In this document: piece after piece, positions 17,383 through 33,911 of the stretch
Numbering within the stretch: the stretch's first letter is position 1
How the letters are laid out: each line of letters starts with the position of its first letter
Origin: the human T2T-CHM13v2.0 reference genome, Homo sapiens
NCBI RefSeq assembly: GCF_009914755.1
Contig: NC_060941.1
DNA: 64,000 bases
Reading direction: 5' to 3' (one strand)
Translations under genes and position numbers: made by a program
Notes under the pieces: model-generated
Seen by the model: only the letters and a program-made list of their open reading frames with translations
Told to the model about the DNA's origin: nothing
Databases searched by the model: none

Positions 17383-17826
17383 TTAGGAGGTTTTCATTTT
17401 TACAACAAATTCCCAGTGCAATGTTATTTCTGTCTGGGACACACATGTGGATGTGCCTGGATTACACGTGGGGAGGACAGGGAGGAATCCTCTTCTCAAA
17501 CAATCCTCATATAACTAAACATAAAAAGAACCATGTATTCAAACAAAAACACATACATATTTCTGGATACATACACAGACACACATTTAAACATTCACGT
17601 ATGAATCCTCTTTCCTTTTTTAAAAAGCCACTTTCTACCCTCACAGTCAAAACTGGCAAGAGAGTTAAGTAACACAGAAAGCTAAGATATTCAAATACAT
17701 TACTCAAGTGCCCTAAAACACACAGATCCAGAAACAATTTCTAAAGAAGCTGAAAATAATTATAGTCTAATAGTCTTCGGATAATACAAATTCAATAAAT
17801 ACAGAAAACATAGGCTAATAACTTGC

Positions 17827-17975
17827 CTCTATTTTCATGGCCTTTGGCTGCACCACATAGATTTTGTTCCTATAGCCACACCAGACTTTGTCATGTACCA
17901 CAGTCATGCAACGGATGGAATGATGAGGCCGTCCAAGGTCTAAGAGGTGATAGTTTGACAAATCCCACTGCCCAT
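17827..17975 (-). CDS. SPAG9: SPAG9 coding exon ([23 protein letters not shown]...QPKAMKIE) with GC donor
   Basis: AG acceptor, GAG|GCAAGT donor; 149 nt, phase 1 to 0. Confidence 0.95.
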
Positions 17976-19707
17976 CTTTAAAAAAAATAAAAGGTTATAG
18001 TAAATACATACCACCTGTTACTCAATTTCAACACAAGAAACATTTTATGTGTTGTATAATTAAATTTATTGAGGAAGCACTCAAAGTACCATGTACTAAG
18101 TATATCTTTTATTTGCAGCCTGGGTTCTTTTATTCCATAAGCTGCAAAGTTGGAAGAGACCCTCAAAGGTCATCTGCTTCAAAGTGCCACCCAGTACCTA
18201 GACCCCCTTTAAAACATGCTCACAAAAGCAGTGATGTGATGATAAATCAGTTACAAGTTATCTGTTTATCATAATATTTTTCGAATTAGAATGGACTTAA
18301 GGTTATTTTGGGAATAACGTCTCTCAGTCACGTGCATTTTGATGTATTTTCTTGGGTAGAAGTTGAGGGCAACTCATTGCTAACACTTTAGGAATTATGC
18401 ATACTATATTTTCAGTGATACTAGAAATATGAAGGAGAACCAGTCATCAGAACCTCGCTTTGCTTTGTTAGCTTTTGTGAGCATACTGCCTCACAAAGCA
18501 GCCATTCTATTTTCAGACACCTTTAATTGAAAAATATTACCCACACCTAGCTAAAGTCTGTCTTTTTGTATGTAATCACCCACTCGTCTGCAGTCTTGCA
18601 GAGTGGAAACAAAAGAATAAATCCAGTACAAACTTCTTCGTTACAGCCCTATGTCTCCTCTTTTCAAAACCAAGTTATCTTTGGCATGTGCTCTGTACCT
18701 ACCACAGTTTACAGACCCTTCATCCTAACTCTGTTTTGTTGATGTCCATTGAATATGCTGTCTTTATCTAGCCTAGTAGAGCAGGATTATCACCAGCCTT
18801 GTCTTTGAGGCTTAAGGCATTAAACTCATATTGAGTTTATAGTCAACCTTTAGGTAATTCTCACTCTTCAGACATGTCTCCCCATCGTGCTCTTCTGAAC
18901 TCAAATGCAGGACTTTACATTGACACTTACTAAATGCATTTTACTTGTCTTATTCTGTCAATATTATTTTGAATTCAATTTACCAAAACATGCATTGTTT
19001 CATTTTTTTTCTAGGCTTTTCCACTTATTAGCTGAGTGGCCATGAAAAAGTTACCAAAATGCTCTGTGTTTCAGTTTCCTCATCTATAAAATGAGGATGA
19101 CCATGGAACTTTCTTAATAATTTACTGTAAAGATTAAACATAGATAAAGGGCTGAAAAAGGTAAAATGGAGCCCTCTCACTCTTTGATGATATGGAGTCA
19201 TTAACCAGCAATTTTCAGGTACCAATCAATTACAAAAGCACCTAACTGTCATCTACTCCACATTTCCCCAGCCCAGAAAGATAGGAGATTTTGGGAAAAG
19301 CTTTTCTAAAATCCAAATTCAGGGTATCTATGTTTCATAATACTTCCTAGATATACCAATCAAGTGGGTAGAAAATGATGTATCATTTTTGGTTGACACA
19401 AGTACCAAGGAGTTACGGAGGAATACATACTAAATTCCCTCAACTTAATTCATTTAAGGTAGGGTTTCTGATACCACCACCCCTCTATAGATGAAACAAT
19501 GGTTTTAAAGGGGGAGAATATAAATAAGGTGACATGAAAATGATTAAATCTTACCCAATTAAAATTCTTTAAGAAAAAGTCCAAATGTTAAGTGGACACA
19601 AATTATTTTTAACACATAGGACATTAAAAAAACACCAAGTTTCTCCGAATTGCATAAGTATATGAATGAAAAACAAATGCCTCCCTATCACATTATTTAA
19701 AAGTACC

Positions 19708-20110
<403 letters not shown>

Positions 20111-20225
20111 TTAGTATTTATTCTTTAAACTGAGTATCATTTCTTTAAAACATAAACCAATCTACTTAAAAATGCTTTGCAAAGCAACAAATTAGTGTCC
20201 ATGTTATACACACATCACCACTCAC

Positions 20226-20293
20226 CCACTCCTCTGTGAAAGATTGCAAGGGTGCCGTCAGCCAGGGCTACTAACACGATTCCCTTCACGTGT
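20226..20293 (-). CDS. SPAG9: SPAG9 coding exon ([22 protein letters not shown])
   Basis: AG/GTGAGT, 68 nt, phase 2 to 1. Confidence 0.96.
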
Positions 20294-21000
20294 CTGCAAA
20301 CAGGAAAGGGGAGTTCAGAACTCTCCATTCAGGAATACAGAAGGGACCACATGCTACTGAACTAGTTCAAGGCCTCACAAAGGGCCAATCTGTGATGAGT
20401 TAAGGAGCTGACACCTGAATATAAATGAACACACCACTTTCTTCACTGTGGATGTCCTGCTATGAAAAAATGTCAGCTGAACTAAATAAACAGTATGAAT
20501 GGTATCTCAGTTATTTCACTTTCTGGCCCAAGGTTCTCCTCTCATCACAGACAATCAACACAAACTCTAAAGACCAGAGACATGCACCTTGAGTGGAACC
20601 AACAGAGTCAGCCCTGTAGGCTCAGAGATAAACTGTCTGATTTTTTTACAGTGAACACATAGAAAAGAACTAGTAATCAATGCCCCAATCAACATATTTA
20701 CAAGCCATAAAGAATATTCTAAAATAAACATAACTTAATAGGTATTGGTTATTTCCTGCAGTGCTAAATAAATCGCAGTATGGTGAGGACTCAATCAAGC
20801 AAGTTATCCTTTCTACTTCGTTTTCTATTATACAGTTTCATTCTCACTTAACTTCTCTAGTTCCATAAAAAGGGTTAAAAAAACAAACAAATTGGATACT
20901 AATTTAGTCGTGAAACATGTATTAGCTTTCAAAGTCTTAAAATCTAGTTTATACCAAAATGCATAGTTTTAACAAGAAGAATTTCCAAAATAAAACTTAC

Positions 21001-21081
21001 ACAATACTGAGAATCGAATCTTTAAGTTTAATGGAATGGAGACATTTCCTCCACTGGGCTACAGATGAATGGACATACAAA
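21001..21081 (-). CDS. SPAG9: SPAG9 coding exon ([27 protein letters not shown])
   Basis: AG/GTAAGT, 81 nt, phase 2 to 2. Confidence 0.96.
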
Positions 21082-21434
21082 CTGTAAGAACAAAGTCAAC
21101 ACTGGTAAGGCATAGAGAACATCAAGACATTGCATATATCTAACAATGATCGCGAAGTTCATTCAGAAGGAAAGAAGAGTAACATACAAATTTTAGGAAA
21201 AGGTGCTGCTGCTTTTGTGCAATGGTCAGAAAAGAAAAATGAGAGTGAGGGTAGGCCTAAGGTAAAGAAATAGGCTGCTGAGCAAAGAAAAACATATGAA
21301 GACTGAAAAGCAAGAACTAGTGCAATGCACAGTCAGGTTCACACACTTAGTCCTTGGGCAAAACTCTTTTTTTGAATTGCCTTACCTCTCTACTACACTG
21401 ATCTATAACTTTTGGATGACAGAGTGGCCCACAT

Positions 21435-21645
21435 AGGGAGTGGCAAACTATGGCCTACAGGCCAGATCCAGTCTGCCACCTGTTTTAATCCAGCCTGCAA
21501 GCTAAGAATACTTTTTACATTTTTAAAAGTGTGTGTGGGGGGGAAATCAAGGGTATTTTACGACAGGGGAGATTTATATGAAATTCAAACTACAATGCCC
21601 ATAATGCTCTACTGGAAGAGAGTTACACTAAGTTTGCCAACTCTT
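21435..21645. mobile_element. MER58-family hAT element fragment
   Basis: GGCAAACTATGGCC...GGCCAGATCCAG...GTTTGCCAAC. Confidence 0.55.
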
Positions 21646-21684
21646 CACTTTATAGTATTGGACTCATATGAAAAAGACATACTA

Positions 21685-21872
21685 CAGGTTGAGTAACCCT
21701 TATTTGAAATGCTTGGGATTTCTGACTTTTTCAGATTTTAGAATGTTTACATCATACATAACAGTTGAGTATTCCTAATTCAAAAATCCAAAATGCTCCA
21801 ATGAGCATTACCTGCCAGCATCATAACAGTGGTCAAAGAGTTTTAAATTTTGGATTAGAGATGCTCAACAGT
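21685..21872. mobile_element. Tigger4a/MER46A-like element
   Basis: CAGGTTGAGTAACCCTTAT...GATGCTCAACAGTA ends. Confidence 0.65.
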
Positions 21873-22414
21873 AATCTTGCTTAACCTTTGTAAATGCACA
21901 ATTTTGTAAAACTCTCCACACAACCGGAAAGTGAACAAACCATATAATATTAGTCATCATCATCTGACTTTGCAGATTGTGATTTGTTTTACCTATCTTA
22001 GTAAAAAATTCACTAAAAGTTGGGATTGGGCCTTCCTGCAGCCAAAATGTTGGTTTAATCCCTGTTTTCCTGCCCACATTCTAGCCTACATAAATTAAAT
22101 ATTCTCTGTCTTTGTGCTGTTCAGGATCTTCTATTTCTGGAGCACCTCGATTTTAAAATTTTACATACCTCTTCTTCCAAGAATATTATAGAAAGGGAAC
22201 ATTCTGTGACAAAGAAACATATGGCTTACTATTCAGAACCAGTGCAAGTCCAGTTTATGTGGTAGTTGCAACATAACATCAAATTGTGTGTATATATAAA
22301 ATTCTTTGCATTAATCCACACTTTTTGTATTTGTTTACCATATTTTACTTATCTTCTGATTTCAAAAGCAAAAGTAAAACAACATATTCTAATGTTAAAA
22401 GCATTGACACCTAC

Positions 22415-22540
22415 CAGCCATTTTGAGCTCCAAGCCACATAGTTGGTAAAAGACTACTCATTTTCTGGGCTTCTTCTCTCACCAAGTCTTGTTCATTTGG
22501 CAGTACTGATATTTGATCTTTATATGCATCTGAGTCATTG
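22415..22540 (-). CDS. SPAG9: SPAG9 coding exon (NDSDAYKDQ...LPTMWLGAQNG)
   Basis: AG/GTAGGT, 126 nt, phase 2 to 2. Confidence 0.96.
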
Positions 22541-22649
22541 CTGGAAAGGGAGGGCAAAAGGAAAGAAATCTGAGTATACTTAACTATCGTTATAGTTTTC
22601 AGGGACTGAATCCTTCTATATTTAAGTTTGTTCATTTGTTTATTATTTA

Positions 22650-24146
<1,497 letters not shown>

Positions 24147-24405
24147 GGAACTATCTGAGTTGTTTTTTAATAAAATATTTGCATGAAAACTAAATTCAAA
24201 AAGGTCATCCACACCCATGTGGGAAACTTGTACAATGGCAGATTTAAACAATGGCCAATTTTGCTGATAACTGGAGTGAAAATTAGAGTAGGGGTGGGAT
24301 TAAAATGACAAAGAATTACTTATAGAATGGAAGACAGTAAGTACAAAAAAAAAGAAAAAAAAACAGATCAGAGGAGAAAATGAACAGAAAGATTTTGACT
24401 AATAT

Positions 24406-24746
24406 ATAGTCACACACCTGGTAAAACCATTTTGGAAAATGATGGACAGAATATATGGTGGTGGTTCCACAAGATTATACTACTATATTTCTACAGTACC
24501 TTGTGCATGTTTACATACACAAATACTTACCGTTATGTTCCAATTATCTACAGTATTCAGTACAGTAACATGCTGTACAGGTTTCTAGCCTAGGAGCAAT
24601 GGGCTATACCATATGGCCTAGGTGTGTGATAAGCCATACCATCTAGATTTGTGTAAATGCACTCTATGATGTTCACACAATGATGAAATCACCTAATGAC
24701 ACATTTCTCAGAACATATCCCCATTGTTGACTGATGCATGATTATA
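24406..24746 (+). mobile_element. Tigger3a-like non-autonomous DNA transposon
   Basis: Shares both ends with 62757-63952 (CAGTATTCAGTACAGTAACATGCTGTACAGG...CATTTCTCAGAAC). Confidence 0.8.
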
Positions 24747-24979
24747 CTTTTATAGATAAGATTTTTTTTTTAAATTGGAAGGTGTACAGAAGAAATGGGG
24801 GGGAATATCCAGCGAGAATGATGGAGCGGGAATACATGAAATTATCACAAGAATAGGTATCTTTTAATCCACCACAGTGACACTAATTAGTGGAAATCTT
24901 TTGACTGTTTGAGATTATTTTGGTTCCTTTTATTTGTGCACTTCACCCAGTTGCCTAAGTTGATGACCCATTATTATAC

Positions 24980-25175
24980 CTCGACTGATACACTGGGGAG
25001 AGGTCTTCTGGGATCTGAACTCCCAAAGGATCTGTAAAGACATGCTCTGTGTAGACGCCAGTTTGGGAGATGTCCACTGTGTCTTCAGCTGACCCCGCAT
25101 TCCCTTCTGTAGCTTCAGTTGCTTCTTCTGCTGTTGGAACATTTTCATCAACCTCACTATTTTCTGCTTCCATTT
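24980..25175 (-). CDS. SPAG9: SPAG9 coding exon (EMEAENSEVDENVPTAEEATE...LSPVYQS)
   Basis: AG/GT, 196 nt, phase 1 to 2. Confidence 0.96.
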
Positions 25176-25253
25176 CTACAAAGTAAATAAAACACTATTC
25201 CAAGTCTGGGCTTTTCTCCTCCAATTATTTCCCCACACAAACCCCTGTTATAG

Positions 25254-25630
<377 letters not shown>

Positions 25631-25752
25631 TACAGTATCTTCTTTCAAGTTCTTTCAACCTTGTTACTTAAGATCTAAATTAAGTCCATAATGAGGCATC
25701 TGAGCGTAGCCTTAGACTCTATACAGATGGCAGGTAAAGAGAATGGATATAC

Positions 25753-25971
25753 CTGGTGGTTTATCCATCACTGGAGAAGCACCATTTGTACTAGGGGAAG
25801 TGGCAGCTCCCGTCACACCTTCTGCAGAACAACCAACCACTGTGATGCCTCCTAACAGGCTGTCTGTCTCTGCTGAGCTGTTGCTTGTCATACTTCCACA
25901 TAAAGATGCTTTGTCTACCTGACCAGATTCTGAAAGATCTTCTCCTGCAGGGTAGTCTGTTTCTCGTGCAC
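25753..25971 (-). CDS. SPAG9: SPAG9 coding exon (GARETDYPAGEDLSES...PVMDKPP)
   Basis: AG/GT, 219 nt, phase 1 to 1. Confidence 0.96.
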
Positions 25972-26210
25972 CTGAAAAATAAATCTTCTTGTAACAGCAA
26001 AGTAAACTTCTATAAATAACATTTTTTTTACTAAAACAATTACAGGTTTGAAATGAGAGTTATGCAGGTGAGATGTACAGGTAGTTGAATACAGGTAGCA
26101 TTAAATTTACATAAACAAATCTTCACAATATGGGAAGGTAACTTAAAAAATTAAGAAAATACTTCTATTAACACAAGTGCAAATAAACATAAAAATGTCA
26201 GAAAATAAAC

Positions 26211-26505
26211 TTTTTTTTTTTTTTTTTTGAGACAGAGTCTTACTCTGTCGCCCAGGCTGGAGTACAGTGGCATGATTCAGCTCACTGCAACCTCCGCCTC
26301 CTTGGCTTAAGTGATTCTCCTGCCTCAGCCTCCTGAGTAGCTGGGACTACCGGTGTGAGCCACCACGCCTGGCTAATTTTTGTATTTTTGGTAGAGACAG
26401 GGTTTCGGTATGTTGGTCAGGCTGGTCTTGAACTCCTGGCCTCAAGGAATCCACCAACCTCAGACAAGTCCTAGGATTACAGGTGCGAGCCACCACGCCT
26501 AGCCA
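26211..26505 (-). mobile_element. Alu
   Basis: Alu consensus motifs. Confidence 0.9.
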
Positions 26506-26799
26506 GCTTCTGTTCTTAGTGAGCTCCTCAGCAGCCACAGGTTAAAAACAATCTATTATATCTGACAACATCAGCCAAAAAAAAATTCTTTTAAATCATC
26601 AAGACTACTGCTACTACTTGAAGTATAAGCTTCTATCCATTACTGTTAAAAATTAAATGCCCCAAGTATATAGGTTGATTAAGATATTAGTAAAACATTA
26701 AAAACTAAGCATTTATAATATAAAAATATTTACAATATAAAAATAAATCTCATTTTTTAATTTAGAAAATTGTTTTATTTATATCACACTAAAAACTTT

Positions 26800-28735
<1,936 letters not shown>

Positions 28736-29065
28736 CACTTCTTTAATTTTTAAACTAATGTTTTAACATCACATAATGTTTAATCCAAAACTTTAGAAGA
28801 CCTTTCCTTATTAATTAATCCAAACAGTCCTCTGGCTCCCAGTTATTTTCTCATATTCCCATTGTTTTATTTTCTTCACAGTATTTTTCACTACCTGAAA
28901 ATATCTTCTTTATTCAATGGTTTCCAGTTTGTTTTTTAATCTTCCCTAACTAGAACATAAGCTTCATGACAGCAAGGTGCAGAACTGCATCTTCAGCTGC
29001 TACATCAGTGCCCAGCAGGTAGGTGGATGGAGGGGAGGGCAGAGAAACGCATGACTCACTCTTAC

Positions 29066-29237
29066 CTGGCACACTTGCAATGCACAGAACATGAGAGTTG
29101 CAAACAGTGAAACTGTCTAGGATGTTGCCAGGTTGAACAGCATCAATAATAAGAACTTTTGTAGCCGAATGAGTGCTGGTACAGATCCAAACTAGACTGG
29201 ATAATTCTTCTTGATTTTTTAACTCCTTCTGCTGTTC
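29066..29237 (-). CDS. SPAG9: SPAG9 coding exon (EQQKELKNQEELSSLVWICTSTHS...LCIASVP), WD40-like region
   Basis: AG/GTAAGA, 172 nt, phase 0 to 1. Confidence 0.96.
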
Positions 29238-29373
29238 CTGTATAGGCAAAGGAGGAAAAATGTTTAAAACAATATGTATGTACAAATATTCATAAGGTGG
29301 TGCTGTTACAGTAAAAGGCAATACTATTTCAAATTTATTTCCAGATTATTTGGAAGGGTAAAAATACAACCAC

Positions 29374-29728
29374 TGATGTGGTTTGGCTGCGTCCCTACCC
29401 AAAACTCAACTTGAATTGTATCTCCCCGAATTCCCACATGTTGTGAGAGGGACCCAGGGGGAGGTAATTTAATCATGGGGGCCAGTCTTTCCCATGCTAT
29501 TCTCGTGATAGTGAATAAGTCTCACGAGATCTGATGGGTTTATTAGGGGTTTACACTTTTGCTTCTTCCTCATTTTCTCTTGCTGCCACCATGTAAGAAG
29601 TGCCTTTCATCTCCTGTCATGATTCTGAGGCCTCCCCAGAGGTTACCTATGTAAGCCCAATTAAACCTCTTTTTTCCTTCCCAGTCTCGGGTATGTGTTT
29701 ATCAGCAGTGTGAATATAGACTAATACA
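29374..29728 (+). mobile_element. THE1-family (ERVL-MaLR) solo LTR
   Basis: TGATGTGGTTTGGCTG...GACTAATACA ends, about 355 bp, 5-bp TSD ACCAC on both sides. Confidence 0.9.
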
Positions 29729-30358
29729 ACCACCTATCAATATTAATTAGTAGATGAAAAACTAGCAGTTAGGCTGGCACAGTGGCTCACGTCTGTAATC
29801 CCAGCACTTTGGGAGGCTGAGGTGGGAGGACTGCTTGAGGCCAGAAGTGTGAGACTAGCCTGGTCAACACAGTGAAACCCTCGTCTCTACAAAAAATAAA
29901 ATTAGCCAGGTGTGGTGGTGTGGGTGTGTAGTCCCAGCTACTTGGGTGGCTGAAGTGGACAGATCACTTGAGTCCAGGAGGTTAACACTGCAGTGAGCCA
30001 TGATCATGCCACTGCACTCCAGCCTATGTGATAGAGTGAGACTCTGTCTCTAAACAGCAACACAAAACTAACAGGTAAAGCAGAACAATGATAAAATGTT
30101 CCATTAGCTTGATCACTGTAGTGATTACATACGTGTACACATGTGTCAAAACTCTGACCTATACCCATTTCGAGTGCACACTTTATTGCATGTAAATTAT
30201 ACCTCAATATTTTAAAATTGATTTTAAAAGGGTGCTGAGGGACAGTAAGCCAGGGCATAGTAATCCCAATTAGAAGCTGGACCCAGAGGCAAATTTTGGA
30301 TGAAAGAGTTAAACTCATAGTCTCATAAACCAGGTCAAATGTTAGTACACACACTTAC

Positions 30359-30526
30359 CTTAAGTTCCTGATCTAACTTATCTAAACTACTCTGAGAGGC
30401 ACTTCGCTGTTTACTGCCTTCTGTATCCAAACCAGCAACATCCTTGTAAAATACACTTGCTCCAACAACAGAACCACCATCTCTGGTCTTCCCACCAGAT
30501 AAATTGACTCCAACAGCACACCACAG
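30359..30526 (-). CDS. SPAG9: SPAG9 coding exon (LWCAVGVNLSGG...DKLDQELK)
   Basis: GAGAAG tandem acceptor, GTAAGT donor, 168 nt, phase 0 to 0. Confidence 0.95.
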
Positions 30527-30745
30527 CTTCTCAGGTGAAAAAGAAAACAATATTAAGTCTAGAAATGTTTAGCATTTTCATGTTTTCTTAAAATAACTAA
30601 TGGTTGTAAATACAGGTCTTATAACCTAATATTATAAAATGAACAATAACCTCACCATAGAAGTAATACTTATACTTTTTTGGTTTTAGAAAAAAAACTA
30701 CCCAGAGTTTAGAAAACATCTCCTTTTAATTCACAATGAACTTAC

Positions 30746-30835
30746 CTTCATTGATGTATCTTTTTCATCCAGAGGTCTGAGATAGACAGGCACAGGTAAA
30801 TTTTTCATCTTATTTTCACCTTGACCATTGGTTAC
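30746..30835 (-). CDS. SPAG9: SPAG9 coding exon (VTNGQGENKMKNLPVPVYLRPLDEKDTSMK)
   Basis: AG/GTAAGT, 90 nt, phase 0 to 0; TACTAAT branch-point-like motif upstream at about 30870. Confidence 0.96.
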
Positions 30836-31866
30836 CTAATAATGGTGGAAGGAGGAGTGAAAAAGGCACATTAGTAAGCCTCATCAAAAGTGAACTTATT
30901 ACAGATCCACTGAGACATGAGCAAGCACTGCTGTTATTTACTCCTTGAAATCAAGTTCAGGTTTTTTGTTTTTTTGTTTTTTTGAGACAGGGTCGCTCTA
31001 CTGCCCAGGCTAGAGTGCAGTGGCTTGATCATGGCTCACTGCAGCCTCAATCTGTCAGGCTTAAGCGGTCCCCTCCCACCTCAGCCTCCAAGGTAGCTGG
31101 GACTACAGGCACAGGCCACCACACCCAGCTAATTTTTTAAATTTTTTGTAGAGATGAGGTCATGCTATGTTGCCTAGGCTGGTCTCAAACTCCCTGAGCT
31201 CAAGCCATCCTCCACCTTGGCCTCCCAAAGTGTTAGGATTATAGGCATGAGTCAATAACAGGCACCATGAGCCAATGACAGGCATCAGCCAATTTTGCCA
31301 TTCTTATTTGAAAAACAGAAAAATCAAGTTGAGCAATTCAATAAACAGGATATAATGGGAGCTCAAAAAGAGGCTCTAATTCACACATATGTGCACACGT
31401 GCACATGCATATGTGTTTGTACATGAACATGTGAGTCTTTTGGGGTAGGAATTATGGAGTAGACAGATAAAGTTCCTGAAGACCTGAACTTAATTTTAAA
31501 TGAACAGTTTGAAAAGTTCCATGCCAATAATTTTTTCAACAATGATGCTGGTTTTTTAAAAAATGAAATCTTCAAATATTAAACCAGAATTGCTCTGGTT
31601 ACAGCAGAGCGGGTACCTCAAACTCCATGCACTTAGCCACCCTTTATTGACTCCTCCCCTCCTCACAGACTCAGAGCATTTCATTTGAGTTCTACAGCTC
31701 TAGAAAACAGCCTGAAAACCACCACCCTCCATGCTTAAATGTGTGCCCAGTCCATGCGGCTGAGATGAGCAGGGCTGGGATGCGTACAGTGAATCCTTCA
31801 TGCCCACGCACACTCAACTTGCCCTCTTCTTTCCTGCTGGATGCTCTTACCACATGTGCATATTAC

Positions 31867-31996
31867 CTGTTTGTACTTCTGAGGCAGACTCCAGCCAAAA
31901 GCCTGCACTCTACCGTCTTCCTTCTGAACATGTGCTTTTACCTGACGATACTGCTCTCTCTTTTGTTCTCTGCGTGAGGCTAAACTAGCTTCAGTT
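31867..31996 (-). CDS. SPAG9: SPAG9 coding exon ([43 protein letters not shown])
   Basis: AG/GTAATA, 130 nt, phase 2 to 0. Confidence 0.96.
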
Positions 31997-33312
31997 CTAA
32001 AAGGAAAAAAGATTTTCCTAATTACATGAATACGTTTAATTACGTTTATCCCCAGTTTTATCTCTCCTCTGTCACTAAAACAGCAAAAACAACAAAAATT
32101 TACATGATTTCAAATTAGTTTATTTCAACTATAACAGCTCCTTAAAAAGTGTTATATTAGGCCGGGCACGGTGGCTCATGCCTGTAATCCCAACACTTTG
32201 GGAGGCCGAGGAGGGCAGATAGCCTGAGGTCAGGAGTTCGAGAGCAGCCTGGCCAACATGGTAAAACCCCGTCTCTGCTAAAAATACAAAAATTAGCCAG
32301 GCACGGTAGTGCGGACCTATAATCCCAGCTACTTGGGAGGCTGAGGCAGGAGAATCATTTGAACCCGGTGGAGGTTGCAGTGAGCCAAGATGGTGCCACT
32401 GCACTCCAGCCTGGGGGACAAGAGCAAAACTCCATCTCAAAAAACAAACAAACAAAGTGTTATACTAAAGCTGGTCTTTTTAAGTTTGTGCAGTGAATTC
32501 AGTGCCTAAGCTTTAACAGGTTACCAAGCAGCTTTGTTACATTAAATTGAATCATCAGCCACCAAATTTATATCAGGTTTCAGATGCTGGCCATATGAAA
32601 GGGGAAAATTCTTAAGTATGTTTGGCTTTTTTGTTGTTGTTGTTCATTCAACAAATATTTACTGAGAATATCCTAATGCCAGAAAACGTGCTAGAAGTGA
32701 TTTAAAACTTGAGTAAATCAATATCTGCTTAGGAAGATTGATATAGGTTAGATTTTAGATCCCATTAACTTGTTTCAGAAAATAAAAATGCAAACTGATT
32801 TGGTAAACTTTGGAGTTATAAGGTAAAATATTATTAAAATGATTTTGAAAATAATTTGCCATTATTTTGGCCATTTAAATTTTCATAAGATGAGTTGCTA
32901 TGTATATATACCACAGTTAACATATCTACCTATATGTCAGATACTTTACAGATAACTGTATAATTGGGTCTAATCACCTTTGAGATAGGTTATCAGATTA
33001 ATTTTACAGACAGAGAAACTGGGGGCTCTGAAAGGTTAATTTGCCCAAGTGTTTGTACCTAATGAGTAGTAAAGTCAGGATGGAAAACCAAGTCCTCTGA
33101 CACCAACAGAAATGTTCAAACATTTAGGATAAAGGCTCATTTACCTCTAAAGGCCATTCACATTTCTATTAATAGGTATTTATCAATGTTGTCATACCAG
33201 CAAAAATGAGGCATTTAAAAAAAAATCCTTCTCTTTTATAAAAACTGAAAAGCAATTTTCATAAAAACTTTTGACTACAAGTAATTTACTTAAAGACAGC
33301 CAAGTTACAGAA

Positions 33313-33350
<38 letters not shown>

Positions 33351-33737
33351 TGGAATCTCACTCTGTCACCCAGGCTAGAGCAATGGCATGATCTCGGCTC
33401 ACTGCAACCCCGCCTCCTGGGTTCAAGCGATTCTTCTGCCTCAGCCTCCCAAGTAGCTGTGATTACAGCCACACACCACCACGCCCAGCTAATTTTTGTA
33501 TTTTTAGTAGAGATGGGGTTTCACCATATTGGCCAGACTGGTCTCGAACTCCTGACCTTGTGATCCGCCCACCTCGGCCTCCCAAAGTGCTGGGATTACA
33601 GGTGTGAGCCACCGTGCCTGGCCCAGAAATGATTTTTTTATAGATTTACCTGAATCCTTAGAGCTGATAAGAGGCCAAGAATATTCTGAACCACTAACTT
33701 AATTTAGAATATAATGATTAATTTGGAAAAGACTTAC

Positions 33738-33911
33738 TCTTCACTAAGGAAATCAAAGGCTTTGGACTTATCCCCAGGGAGCTGAGATAAGGTGCTGCTT
33801 CTTTTCTTGACGGACGGAGTAACATGAGACGTGGGTGCATTGTACTTCAGATTAACAGGTGGTTCAGGCTTCTTAGTCGTGTTACTTGAGGAGCTGAAAA
33901 GTCGGCTGAAA
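33738..33911 (-). CDS. SPAG9: SPAG9 coding exon (FSRLFSSSSNTTKKPEPP...KAFDFLSE)
   Basis: AG/GTAAGT, 174 nt, phase 2 to 2. Confidence 0.96.

Larger units (their letters stand above)
29772..33623. mobile_element. Alus (+)29772-30052, (-)30962-31250, (+)32160-32450, (-)33317-33623
   Basis: Alu consensus motifs; the last has TSD CAGAAATGATTTTT. Confidence 0.88.

Noticed and set aside
31383-31416. Imperfect palindrome ACACATATGTGCAC...GTGCACATGCATATGTGT
   Set aside because: Low-complexity alternating purine/pyrimidine sequence is self-complementary by nature
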